Of a stretch of DNA of 64,000 bases, positions 12,859-28,535 are shown piece by piece (the stretch's first letter is position 1; every line of letters begins with the position of its first letter). Below the pieces are notes generated by a model. It made no database searches. It saw only the letters and a program-made list of their open reading frames with translations, and was not told where the DNA came from. Source of the DNA: Octopus sinensis (taxonomy: Eukaryota); assembly GCF_006345805.1 (NCBI RefSeq), contig NC_043000.1, positions 44,392,001 through 44,456,000 on the forward strand. The letters run 5' to 3'. A program made the position numbers and the translations under genes.

Positions 12859-13407
12859 TTGAGTATACATTGTGTTAAAACAATTACTTTACCTTCTCGA
12901 TCCTATAGATTTCATGCACTTTACTTCCTATTTAATACAAAATATTTCTAGCACGGTTATGTTTCAGGTATGTCGCTTTTTTACCCTTTAAGAAGTTCTG
13001 TAAAATGCATCTGAGTGCTTAGTATTCTTCATTGAATGTTTCTAATCAAATCAGCATGTTAAAGTTCTTGCTAAATATATGGACAATATATACGAAATAT
13101 TACGGTAGTGGAAAATACTTGACTTAAATTCTCATGTCTATGAAAAGCATATATTGTATGAGCCTGCTCCATGTTTTCGAAAGAATTGCACAATGTAATA
13201 GTATTCTTTGCCAAATTAAAAGAAATATTTTTTTGGATAAAATTATAACGATTCTTATTTTCACTGATTTCATACACACCTCTTTGAAATCTAACCTATA
13301 ATATATAAAAACAATATCCATCTTTGATGAAAAGAGACTTTCAACGAAAGATGTTATGAACTTGACTGTATTTTTCCGTGAATAATAATAAAATATATGG
13401 AATATTG

Positions 13408-13418
13408 GTTGAATTTTA

Positions 13419-13508
<90 letters not shown>

Positions 13509-13527
13509 GTATGTATACATATATATC
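13408..13527. repeat. (TA)n/(TATG)n microsatellite
   Basis: Directly visible. Confidence 0.95.
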
Positions 13528-13619
13528 CATAAAAGTTAATGTTCTAGCGTTTGATTTCATAGCTGGTTTTACATAAATTATCTGTTTTGTAATGTTTGTA
13601 ATTTCCTATATGACTAAAT

Positions 13620-14200
13620 TATTTTAATAGATATTGGGTTACTTGCTCCATGCTGGGTGTCCTTTTACCCAGTGTGAAAAAGCTATCATGTATTTTTCCG
13701 TACTCAATCTGGACCATGCCAAGATACATTTTATGTTTTATTGTCAATAATCGTTCGATTAATCTGTAATTTGTTTTGCAAATATACACCCTTTCCAAAA
13801 ACTCATTATGATATTTTATAATATGTAACTGTTACTGGGTCAGTTAGTATATTGTACATTGTGGTTGAAAGAACTTTGTATGTTGCTGCCGAGCAAATTG
13901 TCTATTTATAGTTTCAGATATGTATGTATATTTTTGTGAAAGAGTATCGTAAGGCTGATTTCGTTTCCAGAAACCTGTCAGGTTGCGATTGATCGTACCA
14001 TTATACTGAATATTTTTACCATATCCTCGTCAGCTAGGATCCATTGCATTTTTCTGAACTAAGAGTACATCAATGCAAAATGCCCTCCATTTGGTTTCCA
14101 TTAGCTTGCATTTCTCAGCGTGTTGTTGAGTTGAGTTTTACCTACAGTTAGCCATACGTACGGTGCAATTATACGTTTTTCCTTTTCCCTTGGATCCTGT
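13620..14200 (-). mobile_element. possible highly decayed LINE AP-endonuclease remnant
   Basis: Minus-strand translation gives ...KLMETKWRAFCIDVLLVQK, reminiscent of the D(I/V)xxLQE motif at the start of APE domains; the rest is unalignable by eye. Confidence 0.25.
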
Positions 14201-14356
14201 GTTGTGTCTGTTTATTGTTATTTCTCCACAATGGTACTAGGATGCTTGTACTTTCGTTTGGATATAGGTTTCTTTCCAATGCTGGTATTGTTTATTGTAT
14301 TTGTAAAATAATTTCTTTTACTGCAATTACATTTAATAGTTTTCGAAACACCAGCT

Positions 14357-14412
14357 CTTCTTCTTCTCTTCTTCTTCTTCTTCTTCGTCATTGTCTCCTC
14401 CTACTGCTGCTG

Positions 14413-14480
<68 letters not shown>
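14357..14480. repeat. (CTT)n/(CTG)n/(CTA)n microsatellite
   Basis: Directly visible; source of the poly-Leu ORF. Confidence 0.95.
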
Positions 14481-14481
<1 letters not shown>

Positions 14482-16840
14482 GTTTCTGCTAATTCTTGTC
14501 ATATATCAATAAACACTTTTGCACAGAATCAATATGACAACAGTTCATCAAAGTAAATGTAAGAGGGAACTCTCGGAAAAACAATGGAATTTAAATGTGG
14601 GCGTTCAGTGATATGGTAGAAAGATTATGACTAAAGTAATTTAAGTGGAATTAATCAGTTATCACACGCAAACTCATGAGTAACAACTATTAAAAAGTGA
14701 AATAAGCTCTGTTATTTTATACTTATACTATTATATTTCTTACAGTATGTGTAAAGGTAATTTCATAGAAAACTATAGATCCCTAAGAAAGAACACAACG
14801 AAAAGTATATACTAGTGTAATAAAACAACATAAAAAGAAATAACCAACAGAAATATCCTAGCTGAAATAAGAACAAAAACTTTAAAAATGTTTTGACAGA
14901 AAATAAATAAGCGAATGACAAGTGCCCACCTATGACTTCATGTTTGTCAGATTCAAATCATATACATGAACTTGATGATCTTGTAAGACTTTCAAAATTC
15001 TAAAAACTTAAATCTATAGATCTTGTAAAGCAACTATATTCAATTAAAGAAGTGGTTTCTATATCATCTCGCTTTATAAAAAAAATGAATAAACACATTA
15101 AACGAACACTTTCATATCAGTTACTTTTGAGCAGGCAATAACAAAAAGCAAATATAGAAAATCTGAAATTTAATAGAAACCAATAATACCTATTCTAAAA
15201 ATATTAAATCAGTTATTATTCACATGGAAGTGACATTGACAAGAATAATATATAAACCAAAATCTTACTCTGAAAATACATTAATTTTTTAAAAGAAGTG
15301 TAATAATGCTACATATTAATGTGAGTCATGTAAACGAAAACCGATTTTAATTCAACAAGAAAATCCTTTTCTTGACTGATTGCGAGATAAATAAATTTAG
15401 TATGCTGAATATGAAAATATATTTTCCACTCAACTACATATTGCCTTAGTTTACACTTTTTTTTATTAGTGTCATAGTATTTTTTTTTATTCGCCTCACA
15501 ATGACACTATTTATATTAATATAGCGTTTTATGGTACAGTTTCTCTATTGTCTGCAACAATTAAAGGGAAAACTAGATGTATTACCATTGTAAATACCAA
15601 ACAACCACAAAAAGTTGTTTCAATTATTATTGTAAACACGCTTGAAATGGAAGAATGATATCGTATTAGAAATGAAATATCAGAAGTAGACCAAGAAATA
15701 AATATTTCTTTACAATAGATTCGTTCCCAAATATATATATACTTATAGAAAGAAAAAATAAGAATAAATAAGAAGAGCAATATTTGTGTTTTTATATAAG
15801 GATATACATTCATAGAATTGTTACTCTATCTCTATTTCAATATTAATAATATGGATGGGAAGTACCTGAGGATATTGTTTGGCATACTAAATATAAATAC
15901 AGTATGTTGTAATATATTTATCAAACGAAATTATCGATATAATTCGGACAAATACTTCCCTGCGAATGTAAAATCTGTAGAAAAATGCAAGCGAGGTAAC
16001 TTAAGGGAAAGTTTTTTTTCTGGTAATTTCGTGGACACTATACAATATATGTACATTGTAAATTGAAACCTCTCTGGTTTTAAGGCTCATTCCTAGATGC
16101 TACGGACATGTATTCGAGTATTTTACACAGTTGTCAAGACGAGGCAAGGTCGATATAAATTAATAAACGTCTACAATATAACCGAAGGTAATTACAACAA
16201 GTCTAGTAAATAACAGGAAATTATCTACAGGCTCACGTGTCTACTATCGTCAGTATATAATGCATTGATCAAATAATTTTTTCCAAGCATTAGACAACTG
16301 GACTTCCAGTTAACCTATGAGAGAATTGGCTTCTGAGTTAAAACTATACCTACACTGATACACTATTGTGAAAAAGAATAAATATTTTCTTTAAATGCCC
16401 ATATATCAATAACTTTGGTAAAGAAGCGTGTTATATGCAGACATGATAGAAATGCGCATCATGTCTGATGTTTATATGCAGGTGATATTAACGAAATCAA
16501 TAACTTACAGAGCGCTTGCTATAAGATTTAGATTAAATACAGAACTGTGCACATTCAAGGCAATAGGAATGCATCTGAAGCAGCAAATATTTATGTCAAA
16601 GGGAACATCAACAATTGTTAAAGAAATGGAAATCAGCAGAACAGATATGAAGTATTCAATCTTCAGTTGATATGGAAGATAAAATTCCACGAATCGCACG
16701 ATTCAACGGCAATTTCAGAGTAATTTCAGAAATACAGGTATGTCAGCAATATCCTCTATAGACAGAAACACATACATAGAGATGTATATTGATAGGTAGG
16801 TAGATAGATAGATAGATACATACATACATACATATATCTA

Positions 16841-17230
16841 TTCTTTTGCATTTTTGCTCTTTGACTTTCCCAGTAATTTTACTGCGGCCATACTGGAGCC
16901 GAACTAATCGACCCCCACACTAGAACTTATGCTTTGTAAGCCTAGTACTTCTATTATATTCCCTCTGTCGAACTGCTAATTTATGTGGACGCAAACACAC
17001 CAACATCGGTTGTCAAGCGATAGAAGCGGGACAAACACAAACAGACAAATATATAGTTATGTGTGTATATAAGAGGGCCTTCTTTCAGTTTCTGTCTACC
17101 AAATCTACTCACAGGGCTTTGGTCGACCGAGGCTATAGTAGAGGACATTCGCCAAAGGTGCCACGCAGTGTAACTGAACCCCGGACCATGTGGCTTGGAA
17201 GCAAGCTTCTTACCATAAAACCACGCCTGC
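16841..17230 (-). mobile_element. SINE family B, near full length
   Basis: Reverse complement aligns to 6413-6808 (TTTCAGTTTCTGTCTACCAAATCTACTCACAGGGC, ACACCAACATCGGTTGTCAAGC). Confidence 0.85.
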
Positions 17231-17356
<126 letters not shown>

Positions 17357-20233
17357 TGGATGGTATACACACAAGTATATATTTTTTTTATACATGTACA
17401 TAAACGCGTGTGTATGAGGTGTAACAGCATGTGCGTGTGTATAATACAGCATGGTGTAACATAAGTTTTTAATCTGGTTCATATAGGGCCCATTTCTCAT
17501 GACATTTTACATCAGTTAACTCTACCAAATGCATCATGTGCTGAACTCCTAAAACTACCCCCATTCAATGGTTGTGTGTTTTATCTCGAATATGCCATAA
17601 AACCAGCTGTTAACATACACTAAATAAATACATTCCAGTAGGGTATTCTTAACATCATTTTTTTTTCTCGAGAAATATTTCCTGTGCAATAGTCCATAAC
17701 AGCTAGTAAGACAGAATATAATTACCATCACGTTGTTTACAGGGAAGTCAGTGGCTACAGCCTACAACTGAATCCTAGTATTGGCTGAACGAGTCTTGCG
17801 CTCCACCATTGCTCAAACATGTAAATCCTTAATATTAAGGACGAAGAATTTAATTTATATATGTGTGTGTTTGTGTGTGTGTATGTGTGTACGCACGCGC
17901 AGACATACATAAAATCAAAATAATAGGTATATGGAAATAAATTAGTTTGCTCTATGATAAGTCGTTAAATATAAAGGATCTTCCAGTATTACACTCTGAT
18001 GAAATAATCAGACATGAAACACTCCAACCAACTAATGATTTATTCAGATTGCTGAGAGAATTATAGTCCATGGAATCAAATTCTTGTTATTGGTACTGCA
18101 AGAAATTTTGACATAAACCATTCAAAAAATTAACTGCACGTAATTATCCTGTACGTATGCTTTGAAATATCTGGTTAAATGATACTTCTTCCTTAGAAGC
18201 ACACACATATAGTGAACTCCCAAACGATCCAATATATCATAATATTCGCTTGTATCTAAAATAAAAGTCTCGGATGTTTATCAGAAAATTAAATTTCAAG
18301 TCTCTGGGCGGAAGAAAGAAAGTAATGAAATTTGAATTTAGATCTCCCAAGACCTCTTGATATTCTAACGTTATACTGAGAAACAAAAATATAAAATGTA
18401 ATTAAATTTATAATTGTAATGTAAATTATGATTTAATATGAGTACAGCAGACAGGGTGTTAGGCTTTCTTGCTTTATTAATTTTAAATTAAATTATCGAC
18501 TCGTTATAAAGTATGAGAGAAAGTTAAGTCTGTAATAACTTAGTAACAAATAGAAATGCTTTTAAACTTCTATATTGAATACATTTTAAATTGAGTGAGA
18601 CTATTGAATTAAAAGTTATTGCAGTTTCAGAAACATTGTTTGTATTCTCGTGCAAATATTAGATAATTATAAAAATATCTAATATCACCTACTTTTAAAT
18701 ATTTTCGTTCCCGCATGTTTATATTCAATTTAAAATTACGAAGTGATTATAAACTGCAAATGTTAGCGAATTCCTTGCATTTCGAGCTTTAGACATGTGG
18801 AACGACAAAGGTGAATTTGGCCAAATAAATGAAACATCGATACGTTTCTGAATGTATGTTTATAATCCTTGACAGTGCTTAATTTCTCTCTATTCAAACT
18901 CTTCCCTCGTTAATCTATCTCGATCTAATTTGATTCATATTCAGACACAAAAACACATTTGCAAGCTCGTGAAGATCGAGTTGTCGTTGAATACTTTAGG
19001 GAAGTTTGTAACTGAGTTTATTAATAAGATCATTAGTGTGTAAGTCAACAATTTCCATGCAATAATTTCAAATTATATAAGGTAAAATGGTTTCTCTGAA
19101 AATGTAGGTACGTCCTATCCTTCACATTGTTTCCTGAACGTTAAGCAATGCTTTCGATAGCAAAGATGATTGAATAATTGTAAATATTATATTAAATTAC
19201 GTAATAAATTGAACCTGTAATATGAAAAAGACAAAACATAAAGCAGTGTCACGAGTGACACGCATGATATTTATCGTTTTCCTGATTTCTTTTTTCACTT
19301 TTCTGATTGAGGTTTTGCTTTAATTAATCAGATATGAGCCCATTTGACATAACACCATTGAATCCTGATATATAACTCGGTGTCTTTCTTGTTTTATATA
19401 AGGGAAATAACAAAATGTTAAAAAATGAGATCAGATAATTGCTAAACTCATATTGATATTTTATATTCTATCAAACAGAAAGTCTTAGTATTGTATGAGG
19501 TGACTAATTGAGAATCGTTTATTCCGTAATTTTGCCAAATCCATTATGTCATAATAGGCAAGATAAGGTGTGTACATACGATAGATGGAACTGTGCTGGG
19601 ATAGCATTTCTAAATGCATGATTAAAAGGGTGATTTCTGTTTACATTTGGTTTGTATTTAATAGGCAGTATGTGACTTAAAAATCTGCGCCAAAATGCTA
19701 CATAATAGAAAACATTATTTACGTCAAATGATAATGAATCAAATAATCGATATCGATTAATACATTATTTTTCATAAATGAAAAACTATTATATTTTTTC
19801 ATAGATATAAATCTAAATTATCTGATCCCGCAAAGAAATTTCAACAGTTCGCAAAATAAATTTAAAATCAAAAGCATTCATACCAAAATCGCAATATCCA
19901 TGAATAAACATTCTTACCACATGCACATAGCTACTATACAGGTATACATACCCGCATACATGCTCAATGATATACACTTTTCTACTCTATGCACAAGGTA
20001 TATTTTGGGGTATGGGGTTAGTCGATTAGATCGCACTATCAACATATCCCATTTTTACGCTAGGCAATTAAAGACACCAGCATATTTCAACATGGCAGAT
20101 TCAGATAGTATTTCCATGTGTTAAGATGTGCTGAGGAAGGTGCAATCTAAGTATCAAACAAGAAACCAGTCCACATATATAAGTGTACCATTACATATAT
20201 AGCTTTATGCTATAAGAGAATGTGAAAGGTATT

Positions 20234-20268
<35 letters not shown>

Positions 20269-20655
20269 GAGAGGAAAAAATAATAAGGCAGGATGCTAAA
20301 TTGAAAGTAAATTTTAATAAAAATGGAGGTATGAAAAACTAAAAAAACAAATCAAACCGACTTTGATTGCAAGGCAAATTTTCAAGATTTGGAAGAGGGA
20401 AATTTTTGTTAAATTGAGGAAGGGGAAAACAGAAATTTACGATGTATTTTTCACAAAAATATTAAATATATACAAAAATTAATAAATAGGTATACCAATA
20501 CATTGTAGTGTCTTTATGCTTTTAGAGTTCAATATTAGTGAATAAGGGGAAACAGAATATAAAATACATGGAATTGTCTCCCCTTATTCACAGGAACTGG
20601 ATAACGTTTACTCCATTTCCTGTTTTGACACAAACATCAAACTTTTTCAAACAAA

Positions 20656-20691
<36 letters not shown>

Positions 20692-23600
20692 TGTATACAT
20701 GCATATATGTGTGTGCATCTGTGTGTTTCTATGTCTTTGTGTTGAATACTATGCTTAGTTTATCAATGGTAATGCTAACGTTGATATGCGAAAGTAATTA
20801 TTTTAAATTGAATTCGTATTTAAGCTTATATTTGAAATATCGCGGAGCTTTTGTTAGTTTTCGGTTATTTCAACTTTTTAATGACGTATACCAAGATTAC
20901 TGACAACCAATATCGGTAGCATCCATAAATTGTATATAATTTTATAAGTTATTTAATCATTCTATATTAAAATTCGATATACTTATTTCTAGTAAAACTC
21001 TGTTACCATCTTAAGAGAAATGACACACAGGATATGAATATGCCATTCATATATTTCTATTGTATTACATCTGCAAAATATACATCATAGTTAAGATTTG
21101 AGGCTAAATACGGAAACTTATAAAGTATAGATTTTTAGACTTAGAAAATAGTATTTGCATTATCTTCAAATTTCTGTTGGCTTTGATAATTTCCGGGACA
21201 TTTTAAAAATTGATGTCAACTCGGCGTGTATAATGTCTAATCATAGTTGTATCATGAACGGTCTCCCGTTTGCAAATACCAGTGCAATGTAATTTTAAAT
21301 ACGATTACCTACTAGAAACAGTATCCATTTCCATTGAAATGAAACCTAAAATACGTACGTTTATATTATTGTGCGTATCTTGAGCTATTTTACACCTGCC
21401 TCCCTGTTTAAATGGTATTAATGCACGCGTGTGAGTGTGATTGTGTATATGTGCCTGTGCATATGTGTGTGTAGTATGTATGTACGTATATTTATGCCTG
21501 TGTGTATGTACGTATATTTATGCCTGTATGTATGTATACACATATATGCAAATAGGTATATACCTTCTCTCATTTTATAGATAATGTACGTAGACGTAGC
21601 TGCATGCACGCGTGTGTAAGTCACAAAAAGTTTGCCTAACGTACCTAGTTGCGGTAAATTATGTCACTTTGTATTGGAACGCATTACACCGATATACTCT
21701 TCAAAATCCAGCATCTTTCTTTCAACCCCTATGGAAATTATTTGAAATGAAGTTAAATCGCAAATGTCTTATCTTCTTATTGGAACGGTAGAAATTTATT
21801 ATTGATTATTTTTTTCACATACGCTGATGTTATCGTACCACCTCTGCAGCAATAGTAGCAGTTTCACAAGATGATTGCATCATAATTAGAAGATATTTGA
21901 AAATTGAAATGGTTATTTTTTTAATCATTTGTTCTATAATCTCTCTTTCTTTCTCCCCCTCTCGTTCTATGCATGTATGTATGTATGTATGCATGTATAC
22001 ATGTATCTATTTATCTATCTATCAATTTCTCTAATTATCTAGTTATATGTATTTATTTATCTACGTATATTCTTTCATATGCACTCTCAATCTCCCACCA
22101 ACGCACAGCACCAACAAGGAGTGCAAAGTGTTATTATGATCTAAGTTTCACTGTATTTCTTATTAATCCTTGTCTAATGAGTTTACAGTAGTGAAAACGA
22201 AATTGTGTATTCAGATACAAAGGATTTAATGTGTTTCAATCATTATATGTATTTTCGGGATGGTATATTTTGTCATGATTCTACGCCATATCTCTTAATA
22301 AGAAAAACAAAATAGTGTGCTTCTTGCGAGGTTTGTATTGTTTAGTTTTATAAAGATTTACAGCGGTGTATGTAACTGGTAGCTTTTGAAGTTGAAGTGA
22401 ACATATTTAAACATTTTATGACGCTTGGTACTTGCTTCTAAGTTTCTAAATAATGTTGCAAACGATAAATTTTACCTAATACGAAACAATTTTCAAGCTA
22501 AGTACCGTATACGTATCGCAGATCACTAATTCAAGAAAAAACTTTATTTTCCCCCATTTCTTCATTTTTTTATCATCTTGTAAGTGATATTAGGTAGACT
22601 GCTCCCCGCAAAATGTGCTGAAATGATATCGTCCTGCAATAATTGCCATCCATATCTGAAGCAAATAACAGAAATTGTACACCAGCAGAATAAGGAGGTA
22701 AAACACATTGTCCAAGCTGATTGATCATATTCTTGCGTCATTCCTTAAGCTTACTTCTTATATAACATATGTAACATGGAATTTACATATGAAATTCTTT
22801 ATTGAATAATTTCTTTAGCTCATTAGTTGTTTTTTAGCTCATTAATTGAGAAGTTTAGTCTGATGATCAGTACCTGAACATTATCTTATTAGATTTGTCC
22901 AGGACTAAATATAATCATTTTCAGTAAATCACTTCAAATTCACGAGACATTGGTTTATTCTGTATTGCGACAAGAGGATCTAGATTTATGTGGGGGAACT
23001 ATAAAGTTCATGGCCTTAATTGTATCTCAAAAGGCCTGGTTGGAAGCCCAAACTTCCGAGTTAGCTTACAAGATTTACAAAAACTGAAGGACGTTGCAAT
23101 CAGCATGTGTATCTGAGACGGGAATCTATTGCATAAAAATCATAAATAACTGAGCCTCCTGTATGCACTTTTATCCAAAGCCAGAATTTACTTAGCAATC
23201 CCTTGAAATAGTTCTAGAATCCATTCAAACTTTTGATATTATAATGAATTACTGCTGATTCATCTTTTATGCTGATTTGGAGTAATATTGCTGATTTGGA
23301 GCGCTATAAAAATGTTAACCACTTTTATAATTTAGATAACATATAGGCAAGCTGATGCCCTTTCAAAAGTTTTAACCCAATATGCAAAAATGGCATTTCG
23401 TAACTTTACCACAGTATAAGTTATAATTTTTAAAATGTCATACGTACTTATTTACGTAGCACAGGCCGTTGGTGAATTCGATCATGTGACAAATCAATCA
23501 TGCGATTGCATTAGTGTCTCCTAACTCCCATGAATACACTCTATCTAGATATAAAAAAATAGCAAATTGTATTTATATCGACGTTCCATTATTACCAAAC

Positions 23601-24204
23601 CTTCATATATTTCGAATATATTTCAAATTCTATATCATAAATCACATCATTGTGTAAGTGTACTGTAGCTTAAAGGTTTTTCAACTTGTAGTTGCACCAG
23701 AAACAATACCAAATAACATCATGACACATTCAGCCGCAAGTATACTATACATCTGTGTTCAAGGATAAATACTGTTTTTGTCATATATGCGAGAAAGCAT
23801 TTGATATTGCATTAGGTATATGATACTGCATTAGGTATCTCTTAACTATGTATCCTCTGAACTTGCAGGAATCAGCTTATAGCTAATTGAAAACAAAGCA
23901 TCGTTAACTTGGAAGAAAATCAGGTAGTAAATAATAAAATATGATTTAAGTATGTTATGAAAATACCAAGGAAAAGAATTATATTTATTCAGCTATCTAG
24001 AATAACTAGAAACCATATTAGAGACGTATCACTTTTTTTTTATTTTTAGAAGTTTCTTGATCATGGGTCTACTCACTCCAGGATAGCTTCCTCTAGAGAC
24101 ATTCAAGCAAATCTTCTCTTGCTATATAAACATAGATTTAATATATTATTCATATGTATGGCCAAAATATGCAGATTTCGAGTAATCGTTTTATTCTTAT
24201 TATA

Positions 24205-25412
24205 CAGGTTGGGGCAGGGAGGACGGACGTTTTTAAAAAGTTCACAAAATCATTAATTTTAGAAGCAAAAAAATATTGCCATCAATATGTTTGTATTGAA
24301 TGAACATTTGTCAAAATTAACTGTAGAAAACAACATAAATCGTGTAGTGTCAATTTTCATTGATGTATTCCTGAAAACATTTTTAGAAGTTAGACTCCAC
24401 TTTCTCTAGCACTGCTGTGTCAATTTGGGTGATTTCCACGCCAACCACGCCAATAAATTCCTTCAAATCGTCCAATGTATAGAGATTATGCGCATACATT
24501 CGTACCTTGAGGTTTCCTGGCAAGACATATTCGCACATGAACAAATCAGGGGACAGAGAGAGCCAAGGAATGTCAGCACACCTGGAAATGAGGCGGTCAC
24601 CGAAGAGCGGGCGAAGAACGTCAATCGATGCTCTGGCTGTGTGGGTTGTTGCCACATCGAATAGGCATAAGTTTTCGTCGAAATTCAGGCACAAAGAAGT
24701 TGTTAATCATCTCCATGTAACCTACGGGATTCACAGTAACAGCATTTCCATTACGATCTTCAAAAAAAGAAGGACCAATAACGGCTGTACAGTGGTCTTT
24801 CGTGCATTTCTCTCAGATTTTCAAGAGCCCAATAACGACAGTTCTGTTGATTCACCATACCACTGAGATGGAAATAAGCTTCATCACTCATTAACAAAAT
24901 GAGGTTATCATTAGCCTCAAAAATTGCTCCATGTGATGTGCGAAGTTAAGCTGCAGTTCATAGTCCCAAGGTTTCAACTGTTGTCCAATGACCAATTTGT
25001 ACGTGTGGAAATGCAGGTCTTCATGCAAAATACGCATTACCGATCGATTACCGATGCCAACTTCAGTGGATGCCTCCGCGCAGAGCGTTCGGACACCATA
25101 TGAAAGCTTGTCTGACGCGTTCCACATTTTAAACCATTCATGACGCCCCCACCGGCTGCCTATTCATTAGTGTACCTCGCATACGAATGCTGTAGTAGCG
25201 TCGAACCTCACGCTCATGTTGTGCCAGACTTCACGTAAGTGCCCTACGCAAACACGCAATACTCTATCGCACACAGCGCCATGGCATCACCTGAAAAGGT
25301 AAACAAATGTTAGGACACCGCTAACCGAATGGTACCTGTTGGACATATGTTGCTCCCCCTGGAACTAAGTAATAGTAATTTCAAAAACGTCCGTCCTCTC
25401 TGCCCCCACCAT
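24205..25412 (-). mobile_element. decayed Tc1/mariner-superfamily transposon (DUF4817-HTH / WPPRSPDL type)
   Basis: TIRs CAGGTTGGGGCAGGGAGGACGGACGTTTTT / AAAAACGTCCGTCCTCTCTGCCCCCACC, TA on the left; minus strand encodes MSDEAYFHLSGMVNQQNCRYWA, VIGPSFFED, ATTHTARASIDVLRPLFGDRLISR..PW..SPDL with deletions and frameshifts. Confidence 0.9.
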
Positions 25413-26336
25413 TTTCATCATAAAAATTAATGAATTAAAACGAAAGAGTGTGACTTGAAATGACGGCATATACGACTCACATTTGATTGTGGTATGTTCT
25501 TTGATTGTGATAAGGAATATCCTGACATACTCTGTTTGCAGTTTTCATTATTGATGAGGGAATAAAAAAGAACTATTATTGTAGATAGCTAGACAGATTT
25601 ATATTATTGTGAACATATTAGCTTCGGAAAATACTGCTGCACAATATTTTTATAAAATGCATTACGTTTTGTACAATGGATTTTCATCTGGTACATTTCG
25701 TTAATTGACCCATAAAAGAATATGCATCTCAATTTTATTTCGGAAGAGAATATTTTATACAACACTTTGTTCAAATCTGAGTAGTAACTCAGTTAACTTT
25801 AGAATTTAGAATTAAGTCAACATATGACTTATATAATTAAAACTCAACTAAATATAATTTCACTGAGAATATACTTCCAGTTTAAAGAACCATAAACAAA
25901 AATTTAGCAGAGAATTATATATTTATAATGGCATTCATTACGGATAATTCAGGACGCTATCCTCAGATTGCAAATGCTTTATTGAAAGCACACGTTTATC
26001 CTAGGGTTACAATTTCATCATCACACGTGATTAATTTCACTTAGAAATCTATTGAGGTTTTCTCACTTGATTCATTAAAAAAATTGAAGCTAAATATGCT
26101 TTGAAAAGGAAAATCTATTTTAACCCGTTTGTGATCCCAAACAAAGCCCAAGTTTTCACTATTACTTGAATTGGACAATGGACATCTTATTTTCGAAGAC
26201 ATTAGTAATGCGGAACCTGATTGAAATATTAACTTGAAAATAATATGCAAAAGAATAGCTAATTTCAATGAAATTCTTTCCTTGAATTAAAGAAACAATT
26301 ACTCTTTTGTATTTCTCTACAGGGCTATATATATAT

Positions 26337-26406
<70 letters not shown>

Positions 26407-26407
26407 G

Positions 26408-26486
<79 letters not shown>

Positions 26487-26534
26487 GTATGTATATATAC
26501 ACATACACATATATATATATATATATATATATAT

Positions 26535-28535
<2,001 letters not shown>

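Noticed and set aside
12957-12973. TTTCAG|GTATGT recursive-splice-like motif (similar at ~35511)
   Set aside because: Weak pyrimidine tracts; similar motifs occur on both strands, as expected by chance.
21477-21530. 26-bp tandem duplication (also ~19-bp duplications near 23270 and 23805)
   Set aside because: Ordinary slippage duplications in AT-rich DNA; not a CRISPR-like array (no spacers, two copies only).
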